DNA of 64,000 nucleotides from Chiloscyllium plagiosum (Eukaryota): NCBI RefSeq assembly GCF_004010195.1, contig NC_057753.1, forward strand, positions 12,576,415 through 12,640,414, given 5' to 3'. The notes under the pieces were generated by a model that saw nothing but the letters and a program-made list of their open reading frames with translations, was not told the origin of the DNA and did not search any database. The stretch's first letter is position 1. Each line of letters begins with the position of its first letter. A program made the position numbers and the translations under genes. Shown here piece by piece: positions 48,809 to 61,543 of the stretch.

Positions 48809-51499
48809 CATGATCATTTTGCCGTGGAGTACGTAGTGTACCACAGTTTGTGCTGGAAATGCACGGAATACCGAAAGGCCTGGTATTTGCCATTTATTAT
48901 CCCGTTCTTGCAACAATCGGAGTGCCAGGTGAAGTATAGAATTTCAGTCTTACGTGGATCATCGGTCAACTTCATCAATTCTTCATTTTTCCAATAGCTC
49001 AATTCCATGATATATATCCTTTCTGATTTTCACTAGCTATGTCATCAATTCAGTGGTACAAATTGTTCTGCTTTTCTGATAGTACTTCTGCCTTTTTACA
49101 CTTTCATTCGTCTACTCTAACAGTGTTTCTTTGCCAGTTAATCTTATAATTTATGTCATGAACAGAAATGATTTTTCTCCAAATAATTGTGTTAATATCT
49201 CTCATTTAACGTGTTATTTTGCCAGCTTATGCCCGTGGTTGCTTCTCATGGCCTGGTCAATTTGCCCCTTTAATGCTTATGGAACTTTTTGTGACCAGTA
49301 TCACTTCAACATTTTACACTTTCCCTCATTTATACTTTCCCTCATTTATCCTTATAACATCAAGATACAAACATGGTTGTGTTGGCTTTTCACACTCCGT
49401 TTTAAGGATTTATAGCATTGTTATCTCGGTTGAATGCAATTATTAAATGCATTCAATGCAGGCGTTGCATTTTTCACAACGCTTTTAAGGGCCAATTACC
49501 ACAAAGGTACTGCAGTTTAAACGCGCTACATTGAGTATTGACAATATTGCTTTGGGAAAGTTACTATAATATTATCACAATGCAAATGGATCCCTCGTGT
49601 TCTTGGCGCTGTTACAGATGGTGACTGATCACATTGTTATCAGCATGAACATTTGGATGTATTATGTTTATCCATTTTTTACTGCAGGCATATTATGAGG
49701 ATGGAAATGGAGATCTATTGTTTAATGGACTGCATAACTCTGACAGAGTAATTTTGAATGAGAGCGTGGGACTTTTACATGATTGAACCAGAGAGCCCAG
49801 ATGCCTCCCGGTGGGCCAGTATTTATTGCTATTTCCTTGTTGCCCTTACAAAGGCAATAGATAGTTCCATTCCTGAACTGTGGTAATCATTAAGCTTAAT
49901 TTGACACGTAATGCCCAGGATTTTGACCTGCTTCCTAATGGCATTATTGTGAATCTGAAGAAAAATTAGTGAAATGGATCAAGAAGACAAATCACCACCT
50001 TCTGCAGAACAATGAGTGACAAGTAATTCAGGGAAATGGTTTCAATCAATGAAGCACTATTATGCATTGTGTTATGACTATTGTTACTAGGAGGGGATCG
50101 TCGCCTTGCAATCATGGTTTCAATTAATTAGGAACGGAGTGATTTCCAGAAATTAGAGCTTGGGATCTTTGACTCAGTGAGTTAAAGCATTTGAAGGGTA
50201 TTATTTTCGAGTTGTTGCCAAATATAGAAGGAAAATATTTTCCTCAGATTGGTTGTTTGTTCTTTGTCCCGATCTCACAATGCATTGTTTCTGCTTTCAG
50301 AGTGTAGTTTGTAGGTCTGCCATTACACACTGATTACTGTTCATGCTTCCATATATATGTCCATTGAGGCATAATTTTGTTCTGCTCCAATCACCCTGCA
50401 AAGCCTCATATTCTCCCCAGGGCGATTGACCTGAAAGCAATGAGTCAGTATAAACGTGATTTTGTCAGTAAAATCGAAATTACTGATTACTTGACCTTTT
50501 TTTTTAATTGGTGACTTGACAAGTGAATGTGGAGGAACAGCCAGATGCACACATATTTCCAAAATGTATTAGGCAAGCTACCATATCATATTTATTGTAG
50601 AGAATGAACTGCCATGATGCAAGAATAAGTGTGTTTCCATACGTAGATGAGTTTGCGAACAGGGAGAAATGAGTAAGTAAAAATGGTTCTTGTTTTCCTA
50701 AGCTGCAAAGTTTGGCGTTCCGTAAGTGTCAGTGATGAGGCTTCTAAATATTGCAGTGTTGATAAATGTCATGGTTAATAGTACGAAGGTATGGTTTCCA
50801 AACATGATAAACAACTGGATGTAGATTTGCAGGCTGAACTGGAAACTGAAAACGAATCTTCCACCTGAACGAACAAAAAAACATCCAGAACCTCAACTTG
50901 AGCTACAAAGCTTCTCAAAACTCGAGAATAATGAGCAATCAAAATAGATTTGAACTAACTCTGTGAAGAGAATATGAGCAGGTTACGAAAGAAAAGTAGG
51001 TTCAGTGAATAGATAAAAATGTGAAAATTGGAGTAAAATGCAAAATAAATGTGAAAACGCCCATTTTGGAAGAAAGAATAAGCAGGGTATCCATATGATG
51101 AGAGCTTGCAGAGTTTTAGGCTGAGGATATTCCCATGTACGTGGATCACCAAATGCTAGTTGCAGATGCATCAAGTAACTGGGGAAGTGAATAGAAATTA
51201 CTGTTAATGTCGAGAGAAATTGAATTCAAAAACAGTGCAATTGTGCTTCATTTTCAAGGGCATAATGAGTCCACATGTAAACAATTGACTAAAACACTGG
51301 TGTCCTTCTTTAAGGAATGTCATCAGTGATTTGTAAACAGTTCCGATAAGGGATTATTTACCAGACTGATTCCTGGAAAGAAAGGACTGCCCAGCAAGTG
51401 CTTGTGATGATCAGCTGAAGAACTCGGTACTACTGTTGCATCCTGTCCACTTTTACTTCCGAAACAAGAGAAATGCAAATTGGCCACTTATCTCCTTCC

Positions 51500-54400
51500 A
51501 TTTCAGACCATAAGGTATTGGAGCAAAACATCAGCTCTTCAGCACATCGAGCCTATTCTGACATTGAATAGTGGCTGATAAGTTTCTCAAAATCATTGTC
51601 CCATTTTCTCCCCTTAAGCTGTTTACCAGTTTGATATCCAAGAACCTCTCTATCTCCGTCTGAAATATGGTCAATGATCTATCCTCTACAGCCTTTTGTG
51701 GCAAAGAATTCCATAAATTCACCACTCTCTGGCTGAAGAAGTTTCTCCTTATTTCCGTTCGAAAAAGTGTTCCCTTTACTCTAAGGCTATGCTCTCGAGT
51801 TCTAGTCTCTTGTACAAATGGAATCATCTTCTTAGCATTTACACTGTCCAGGACATTCAGTGTTCTGTAATTTTCAACTAGATGCTCTCTCGTCTTTCTG
51901 AAGTCCATCGACGATAAACCCAGAGTGCTCAAATATTCCTCATATGTTGAGCATTTCATTCCTGGTACCATTCCTCTGAATCTCACCTGAACATGCTCCA
52001 GGGGCAGTCCATCCTTCCTGAGTTATGGGGCACAAAACTACGCACAATACTTCAATTGTGGTCTGACCTGCGCCTTACAGAGTTTCAGAAGCACACCCTT
52101 GCATTTGCCTTCAAATCTTCTTAAAGTAAATGCCATTATTTTATTTACCTTCCTCACTACTGACTCAACCTGCAAGGTTACATCGAAAGATTCCTGGACT
52201 AGAACTCCCAAGACCCTTTGCACGTCAGACTTTGAGTTTTCTTCCCATTTCGAAAATAATCCTTGCCTATATTCTTCCTACCCAAGTGCATGACCGCACA
52301 CTTCCTCACTTTGTACTCCATCTGCCACTTCGTAGACCACACTCTTCACGTGTCCAAATCCTTCTGCAGCCTCGCTGCCTCCTTAATGATGTCTATCCTT
52401 CTACCTGTTTTCGTATCTTCAGCAAACGTATGCAGGATGTTTTCAATTCCTTCATCAAGATCATGAGCGTGTAAAGTGAAAAGTTGTGACACAAACACTG
52501 AGCCCTGTGGAAGGCTGCCATCTTGAGAAGGACACTTTTATCCCCCACCTTCTGTTTTCTGCCAGACAGCCAATCTTCGATTCATGCTGGTACCTTGCCT
52601 CTGACACCATGGGCTCTTATCTTACTTAATAGCCTCCTGTGCACCAAGGTGTCAATCACCTTCTTGAAGTCCAGTTATTATACATCCATTGGCTCTCCAT
52701 GTTACTTTCTCAAAGAAGTCGAGCAGCTTTGTCAGGCATGGTCTCCCCTTAATGATACCAGGCGGAGTTTCCCCTATTTTACCTCACATATTTAGAACGC
52801 TCATCCTTCACATTTGATTGCAGGATGGTGGTTCACTTAATCAGTCTGTAACTTTCCGTCTTTTGCCTTAATTCCTATATAAACACGGGTATCATGTTAA
52901 CGAATTTCCAGTCCTTTGGGACCATCCCTGATTCAAGCAATTCTGGAAAGATCATCACTACTATCTCTTCACGTATTTCCCTTAGAACTCTGTGGTGCAA
53001 TCCATTTGGTTCAGGTAATTTGCCCAACTTCAGGACATTCAGTTTTTCTTGCATCTTCTCCTTTATGATGGTCACCATATTCAGTTCGGCCCCCTCACGC
53101 TCTGAAAGGTTTGGGGATTCTACTTGTCTCTTCAACCATGAAGACTGATACAAAGTAATTATTAAGTTGCTCAGTCATTTCTTTGTTCCTCACTACTCTC
53201 TGTGCAACGTCACTTTACAGCGGCCTCTCTTTTGCCCTCCTTAGATATAAAGAAACCCTTACAGTCTTCCTTCATATCAATGACTAGGTTACTGTCATAT
53301 TAACTCTTCTCCCTTCTTACTTCTTCCTTTGTTGCTCTCTGTTGCTCTTTGTAAGTTTCCCAATTCTGTAGTTTCCGACTACCTTTCGCCACATTATATG
53401 TTTTCTCTTTTGTTTTTATGATAACCTTGACTTTCCCAATCAGCCTTGGTTGTCTCTTCGTCCCCGTACCATGCTTCTTTTCCTTCAGATAAATCTCTGC
53501 AGTGACTCCTGACTGACTTCAAGAGACCCCTAACATTGCTGTTCCACTGCCTTTCCTGCTAGACTTCTCTCCCAGTTAATTCTAACCTGCTCCTCCTCAT
53601 GACTCTGTAGTTATGTTTGTCCAACTGCAATAGCGCTACCTTTGATTCTATCTTCCACCTCATAAATTTTAGAATAAATCCAATCATACAAAGATCACGG
53701 CCCCTATGGGTTCCTTTCCCTTCAGCTTCCTTATCAAGTCTGCCTCACTGTACGAAAATAAATCCAGTTTTGCCTGTTCGCCAGCGTGTTCCACCACAAG
53801 CTGCTCCAAAACGCCGTCTTGTCAACTTTTCACAATTTATTTTTCTTGCAATCCACTACGAACCTTACTTTCCTTGTCTATCTGCATATTGAAATCCCCA
53901 TAATCTCTGAATCCTTTCATTTCCAACACATCTTTTCAATCTCCTTGTGTATTTTGCATCCATCTCCTGACGACTATTTGGAGGCCTATATTTTTATTTG
54001 CTTCTGCAGTTCCTCAATACTACGTTATCCTTCATTTCTTGCTATTCATTTAGTTATGTTTATTACTAATTAGGCGATCCCACCCCTCTGCCCACTTGTC
54101 TATATTTTGAAAAGACATATATTCTTGAAATATTCAGCTGTCAATCCTGATCACCTTGCAGCAACATCTCCGTAATGCCCACCACATTTGAGGTGCCAAT
54201 TTTCATTCACGGCCCAAGCGTTTGCCTTATTAGTTACACTGCATACATTCAGATGTAACACCTTCAGTCCTGTAATAATCGTTCCCCTTCTTATTGTCAT
54301 TCGTTTGTACGGCGTGTTTGACGTTTGATTGCTCACACCTTCCATGCAGTCTGTCCTATGTGAGTCTGTGCTGGTGATTTTAATAACCCCTCCCAAGTTT
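51500..54400 (-). mobile_element. Decayed CR1 LINE inside the intron of gene E, antisense to it
   Basis: Minus-strand ORFs GLKVLHLNVCSVTNKA (endonuclease), VPKDWKFVNMIPVF, VRPQLKYCA, RRNFFSQRVVNLWNSLPQ. Confidence 0.88.
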
Positions 54401-54769
54401 CACCACGTATCTTAGCAAATCTATTGCTGATGTTCGAAACTGTGAACAATTTCAGAACTTTTCAACAAATGGCGCTGTATTTGACCTTCAATGAACTGTA
54501 AACGGTGTTCCTGCCAGCTTCCATACTTAATTATGACTTTACTATTTACTTCCTGCAATATTTTCTTTCATGTTTTGCTGTTGAATTTTCTCAGGTTTAC
54601 TTATTGGTTCAAGGTTTTTCTAGAGATGCCTCATTGTCTTTTCTTATTCTCCACTAAATATCCAACAAAATATCCTGTATTTCTACACTATTAACAAGCG
54701 TATACATTACCCAGATACTATTTTAAATGCAGTAAGCTAAACATATCACGGAGTAATACATTTCAACGT

Positions 54770-55100
54770 GACATGGTGGCTCATTAGTTTACACTTTTGT
54801 CTTACAATTCCACACACCTGGCTCAATTCCAGCCCCACACGAATGTCTGTGTGGTGTTTGCACATTTTAACTCTCTGTGTGTGAGTTTCTGCCACGCGTC
54901 ATTATTTTGCCACTGTCCAAAAACGTGCAAATTGGTTGGCATTTCCATGCTGGAAGATTGCCTACATTGCCCAGAAATGTCTTGATTAGGTGTGTTAGCC
55001 ATCCGACTTGCAGGGTTTCAGCGACGGAGTCAAGGGTCTGTCGGTGTGGACTTGTGTTAAATGGCTTGTTTCCACACCGTAGGGATTCCATAAGTATTCA
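54770..55100 (+). mobile_element. Degenerate HE1-type SINE in the gene E intron
   Basis: GTCTGTGTGGTGTTTGCACATT...TCGGTGTGGACTTG...GTTTCCACACCGTAGGGATTC. Confidence 0.65.
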
Positions 55101-56386
55101 GCAAAACCATTAATTTTACTTCGGGTCGAAGAATTACTTTACGTATTCTGCCATTTTATGAAGCACTGATGTTATCTCTATCTCTCTATCTCTCTGTTCT
55201 GCCTCTCACGACCTATCTATCTCTATCTCTTGCTCTCTGTTGCAGCAAATTTGACTGTGATTGTGATTCTGTCTCGGAAAAGGTGTGGTCTGTCTGGGTG
55301 TATGACAATTTACCTGGTATCCATGGCGGTGACAGATCTCCTGCTCCTGGTCACCACAGTAATATTAAACCGGATTGCTGAGATTTAATTTCCATTCAGT
55401 TTCCTGTCCATCACTCCCGTTTGCAGTCTCCGTATTGTCTTATCTTCGATTGCAGGAGACTGCACCGTTTGGCTAACTGTATATTTCACCATTGATCGAT
55501 TTGTGGCGATTTCCAGTCAGAAGCTGAAAATAAAATATTGCACGAAAAATACAGCAGCACGAGTTATAGGAATCGTGGCTGCAGTATGTGTTATAAAAAA
55601 CGCATTTTTGTATTATATATATATGAACCTCTGTACACATTCAACAATGTACCCTGGTTCTGCAAACCAATATTGATATTTTATGTGTCACCTGCATGGG
55701 CTGCATATGTCTTAATACGTTGCATTTTCAGCCCTGTTCTTCCATTTACTCTGATTTTACTATTCAATGCTTTGACGGTCAGAAGCATTCTGTTGGCGAA
55801 TTCAGCGCGCAGGAGACTCCGGGCCCACAGTTACGTTGTGAATCAGAATGACCCAGCGATGAAAAAACGGAGAAAGTCCATTGTTTTACTCTTTTCCATT
55901 TCAGGTAGTTTCCTCTTGCTGTATTTGTTATGTTTTATCACGATTTTCTATGTCCGAATTGCCAAAGTTACGTATTTCTCAGGTTCAGATTTCAGTGAGT
56001 CAACATTTGTCCTTGAGGAGAATGGATTTATGCTTTTATTTTTGTGTTCCTGCATCAACCCGTTTATTTATGCTGGAACCCAAAATAAATTCAGAATTGC
56101 GTTAAAGAATGAGCTTAAATATCCGTTGTGTCGATTTCTTCAATAATTCGAAATATGAAAATGGAAATATTCTATGTTAGCCATGTGCAATGTTCCAAAA
56201 GTATAACGTAACAATACTAGACAAGAAATATGCCATTTAAACAGAATGTGTAGTAAGAATGAGTAGTATCAGGATTTCTTGCACGTTTTATTCATTTGAT
56301 GTTGTTTTTTTGTGACCAGATAAACCAATGTATGTTGTTTCCCATAATTACATACATATTGTTAACTTAAAAGACAATTTGTCTGA

Positions 56387-56392
56387 AATAAA
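56387..56392 (+). terminator. Possible polyadenylation signal of gene E
   Basis: AATAAA about 240 nt after the stop codon; weak evidence in AT-rich DNA. Confidence 0.3.
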
Positions 56393-58689
56393 TCAAAACG
56401 CTATCTCCTGTACAATTGACTGAGGCTGTGTTTCGTTAAATCAATGGATTTTAATGATCTATTGTACAAGTAACTGAGCTATTGTAAATTGTGACAAGCT
56501 GTTGTGTTATGAACAGAAATGCAAGGGATTTCAGTGATCAGTCAAAAATAATCCAAAATAAATTAAGCGTAAATAGACAATTGTGATTGAACTTAACCAA
56601 ATGCTGTACCATGGAATCTGAGACAATAATGTTTCTATACTCTCTAGAAATAGCTTTGTATCACTGAGTTTGAGTGATCAGACCGCAGATCGAATCAGCT
56701 CCATTTCCTAAATAGAAGAAGAGCTGAATTTATTTAATTTTTTGAGCTTGAGAAAGGTTTCAAAAGAATTTTCTGTGTGTTCAGAACCTCTCGTGTGTTT
56801 CCACACAATGAGCTAAGGTTGTGAGTCGAAGTATTGCCGGTAGCAGAATAAATAATATTCATTGCTGGTGGGTTTATACGAACAAGTTGAAATCCCAATT
56901 TCTCATTAGGTCTAACCACCTGAGAACAGCAGTTGAGTCATACATTCTCAATGACACAGATCTGAAAAACGTTTTCTACAAGGATAAGAAAATCAGAGCA
57001 GGTGGATATTTCAAATTCAGATTCGAACCAGTTTCGGAAAATAAAAAAAAATGTAATGCCTTCAGTCACAATTTTTTGTCAGAAATGCTCCCCACACAAC
57101 CCCGACTCCAAGAAGCTGCACTATCCTATCTGCTCTTTGCTGGGCGATGTTTGAATTTTACTGACTTTGGTTCTAATCTCTCTCCTCAATAGTCTTCTGT
57201 AATGTATTATCTCACTGACATGTGTCTTCAGAATTTAATTGTATCGAGAGTAGGGAGTACTAGTTCCTATTCAATGGAAGAGTTCCAAAATGGGCTACCT
57301 GCAGCCGTCACTTTGGAAGGGGTTTTTTGTTTCACAGATGTGAAGGTGGTTTAAAACCCATTCCAGATGTTCTCATCTTTTATTTCAAAACAGGAATATC
57401 GTTGGTTTGCTCATCATTTATTTCTCATCACTAATTTCCACGTCGTGCTGATGGTGATGGTGTGCTTTCCTGAAGCCATAAAAGGCATACGCTGTTGGGG
57501 CAAAATGTTATTGTTTGGGATGGTGGGTGCATCGTGGGAGATTTTTATCATGCCAGTGAAACTGATGAGCATTCGCAATGTTGCAAGTCAGGATGGTGTA
57601 TAATTCGAGATTAACTTGTAGGTGGTCGTGCAACGCTGAAGCCCAGAGTTTTACATTGGGTTCGTTTGTTTGGACCACATATCATGTCTGGAATTACGCT
57701 AATCTAATCGCCTGTGTATTGGTCGGAGTGACTCCCGTGATCTGATCTGGAATCAGCTTAATTTAAATGACACTTTTTTTTTGAAACAGTCCACACTTCC
57801 TTCATGATACGAGAATGGCATCTTCCAGTATTTAGCAAAACATAATGAAGAATACATTTGTTTTTTGTAAATGCAGCCAGAATTAATTGTCACGCATGAC
57901 TGTTATTCATCATTAATATGTTATTTCTGTTCTATCTCCTGGAACCTCTCCTCCTTTTTGCCTATCAACATTCACTGGATAACCCATCGTCATCAGATTC
58001 AAGATGTTCACTGAGAGAGGAGAGTGAGTGCTGCATAACTGTGGTCCATCCATCTATCTTTCCTCTATTCACCTGACATAGCAGTGAAGCGACGGCGCGT
58101 GGATCAAACCAAACACCATCCTCAACCCCCAGTTTGAGTTTGGTCAGGTTCCCGCCAACAGGTTCGTTGGAACATCGTGTGCTGAAGGACATGTACTGCG
58201 CTGTGATGCTCTATGTTCTTTGTTCTCAGTGCTCAATAGAATCATAGAGGCATACAACATGTTTCATCGTGTGTGCAGGGGTAACAGAGTGCACGAGAGT
58301 GGGAGTAAGTGTGAACTGGTTTGCGTATGAATGAAAGAACCTGTCACCCTTTGCAATCCGCAAGCACCAGCTGTTCTAAAACAATGGAACAATGGTATTT
58401 CTTCATTTTACAATGTTGGATTTATTATTTTTGAATATCTAACGCATTAACATTCATCTGTGAGAGAGTTTTCGTGAAGATGTTGGTCGTGTGAGAGTGA
58501 AAGTGTGAGAAAACGTGCCTTTGGCTGTGACATAATTTATGTAATTGAGAGCAGGAGCAAATTACTGCCGAAACTGAAATCTAATGAAAACAGCAAAAAA
58601 ACATGCTGGAAATCCCAGTGTGTCAGGCGGCATCCATGAAGAGAGAAAAATCTAATGTTTCGAGTCTAAAATGTCCTGCTTCAGACTAG

Positions 58690-59035
58690 GAGAATAAAAC
58701 TTCATCAATACGCGAGGTCGGGGAGTCCAGAACGAGAGGGTATAGGTTTAGGGCAAGAGGGAAAAGATATAAAAGAGACCTTAGGGGCAACTTTTTCACG
58801 CAGAGGATTGTACATGTATGGAATGAGCTGCCAGAGGAAGTGGTTGAGGCTGGTGCAATTGCAATATTTAAGAGGCATTTGGATGGTATGTGAATAGGAA
58901 GGGTTTGGAGGGATGTGAGCCAGGTGCTGGCAGGTGGGACTAGATTGAGTTGGGATATCTGGTCGGCATGGACGGGTTGGATCGATGTGTCTGTTTCCAT
59001 GCTGTACATCTCTATGACTTTATGACTCTATGACT
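58690..59035 (+). mobile_element. CR1 3' end
   Basis: GNFFTQRIVHVWNELPEEVVEAG, a 3' UTR and a TATGACT tail, matching 48300-48612 and 63460-63765. Confidence 0.85.
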
Positions 59036-59717
59036 TTCATTCGTTGTTCAGCACGTGTCTGTTACTCCAACTTCATCATCAGGCACATATCCATCTTGCG
59101 TAAGGCATCTGTGTGTCTTTGGGCAAAACGTGCGTTTACTTAAACACCTGTGAGAAATACAGTGTACGCACTACAGAAACCGCAATTCTATCTTTTAAAG
59201 TGGAAATTTGATATTAGGAATATTGTTCGAAATTGCCAGGGAGCTTCTTATCACACTAATACTTCGCAATAGAGCTATAGGATATGATTACCTCATCAGT
59301 GTAAGGCAATGTGCACTATATACTAAGCATTTCGCACCTGGACTTTCCAGTTTTAATCATTTCCTTCTTAATTCCAAAAAATAATGTCCATTATGATTGA
59401 CGACAACTTCGGTCGGCCTCAGGATACTGCAAATAATCCTGACTTCTGGAGGTTTTGCAATCGACAAAACAATTTTTATGTTACAATGAACTTAATGTAT
59501 TGCTTGAGTTATCATAACTCATATCCTATACCGTAATAAGATTTTAGTACAATGTGCAAGCTGCTGGTTAAGGAAAGTTCATACATCCCAAAACGGAAAG
59601 AAGAGCCGTTTGTCAATTTCGAGTCAATGTAATGTCCAACAGTATAACAGATTAATCTGACGAGACCATGCACAAAAAAAAAATCAACTTCGGCCTAATA
59701 ATATGGTACGTAATAGA

Positions 59718-60552
59718 GTCATAAGTTATTTACCATAGTTCACCATAGCAAAGCACAATTTCATGACCATTAAATTCCTTTACGTCCAGACAGCGTTCAA
59801 GATTTGGAAGAATTCATCCTGATTCTGAAAGTGCAGAGAGAATTTTTCCAGAGTTTATTTTTAACAGATATGAAAAGCTTATTATCAAAACTATTTGTTC
59901 TTAAGAATACCAAAACTACTGGAATCAGACAGCAAATGATGACGTCTTATGCATTCAAGGCATTTCAGAGAAAAAATTATTTCCAAAAGTTGTGAAGCTC
60001 AGCTGTCTTATATTCAAGTTGCAGTCCGTTATATATAGAAAGACTGCCCAGAAAGATAACGAAATTACAATCTGAACTTCACTTAGAATTCATTAGGCAT
60101 GCAGATTAAATCACGCTGCAACATAATTGTCACAAGTGATTATCCATAGTTGACCATAACAAAGCACAATATCATGCATGGCACAATATCATCACAATTA
60201 AATTCCCTTACAGCCAGACAACATTCAGTTTTGGGAAAAAAAAATCCTGATCCCAACAGGCGAGTCAGAATTTTTTTCCAGATTTTCTTTTTAAATGAAA
60301 TGAAAAGTGTATCATCAAATCTATTTCTTCCAAGGAATACTAAAGCCACTGGAATCGGATAGCAAATGATGATGACTTATGCATTCAAGGTATTTCAGAA
60401 ACGAAATTGTTTCCACAAGTTGTGAAGCTCAGCACTGCCACAAGTTGCCGTCAGTTATTCAGAGAGTGAGTGTGCAGATAGACAACAAAGTTACAACCTG
60501 AATTTCACTGAGAATCTATTGAGAATACACATTAAATCACGCTTCTACACAT
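59718..60552. repeat. Diverged tandem duplication of an approximately 410-420 bp unit (59718-60128 and 60129-60552)
   Basis: Collinear shared blocks such as CCATAGTT.ACCATA.CAAAGCACAAT, ACTGGAATC.GA.AGCAAATGATGA, CTTATGCATTCAAGG, AAGTTGTGAAGCTCAGC and ATTAAATCACGCT. Confidence 0.85.
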
Positions 60553-61043
60553 TTAATTTTCGATATTATGAGGATGATCATATTGTTATACTTGTGTGCG
60601 AATTGCTAACCGCGTGCATATCATAATGCAACATGTTTTTCAGCCTCTATGTAGTGAAACTGCTCAGTCTAGATACTGACACGAGGTCTAATCACTAACC
60701 GAAAGCAATCTCATCCAAGTTCTAAATTTTTCTGAATATGTATGTGGTGGATTAGTTGGAACTTTTGATTATTGCGAAATATTTTAGCATTTCAGCATGA
60801 ATGTCACACAGGTATATCAATAGATTTATATCATGTCCACTCGAAATCAGTATGCATAAGGTGAGAAGGAAAGACATAACAGAAATGTAGGGGGCAACGT
60901 TTTCACGCAGATAGTGGTGTGTCTATAAGATGTGTCCATTTCCAGTGCGAGCAGCAGCGAAGGTATGACCGTTTGGTTTTAAAAGTGCTTACCGGTAGCG
61001 GGCAGCGGTGTTTATTTTTCTCTTTCACTCTCTCTTCACAGAA

Positions 61044-61543
61044 NNNNNNNNNNNNNNNNNNNNNNNNNNNNNNNNNNNNNNNNNNNNNNNNNNNNNNNNN
61101 NNNNNNNNNNNNNNNNNNNNNNNNNNNNNNNNNNNNNNNNNNNNNNNNNNNNNNNNNNNNNNNNNNNNNNNNNNNNNNNNNNNNNNNNNNNNNNNNNNNN
61201 NNNNNNNNNNNNNNNNNNNNNNNNNNNNNNNNNNNNNNNNNNNNNNNNNNNNNNNNNNNNNNNNNNNNNNNNNNNNNNNNNNNNNNNNNNNNNNNNNNNN
61301 NNNNNNNNNNNNNNNNNNNNNNNNNNNNNNNNNNNNNNNNNNNNNNNNNNNNNNNNNNNNNNNNNNNNNNNNNNNNNNNNNNNNNNNNNNNNNNNNNNNN
61401 NNNNNNNNNNNNNNNNNNNNNNNNNNNNNNNNNNNNNNNNNNNNNNNNNNNNNNNNNNNNNNNNNNNNNNNNNNNNNNNNNNNNNNNNNNNNNNNNNNNN
61501 NNNNNNNNNNNNNNNNNNNNNNNNNNNNNNNNNNNNNNNNNNN
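61044..61543. other. Assembly gap (500 N)
   Basis: Run of N; the round size suggests a placeholder. Confidence 1.

Larger units (their letters stand above)
48859..56146 (+). pseudogene. GPR139-like gene E, recently disabled (exon 1 48859-48928, exon 2 55246-56146)
   Basis: Exon 1 MHGIPKGLVFAIYYPVLATIGVP + G (70 nt) with donor GTGAAG. Exon 2 follows a CT-rich tract and TGCAG. In-frame TAA at 55386-55388 and a +2 frameshift in the TA run at about 55611-55624; otherwise a complete 7TM sequence ending CINPFIY...TAA at 56146. Confidence 0.9.

Noticed and set aside
50680..50730. GGCGTTCCGTAAGT resembling a G-V-P plus donor exon end
   Set aside because: The upstream sequence does not align to exon 1, and gene E already has a perfect exon 1 at 48859.
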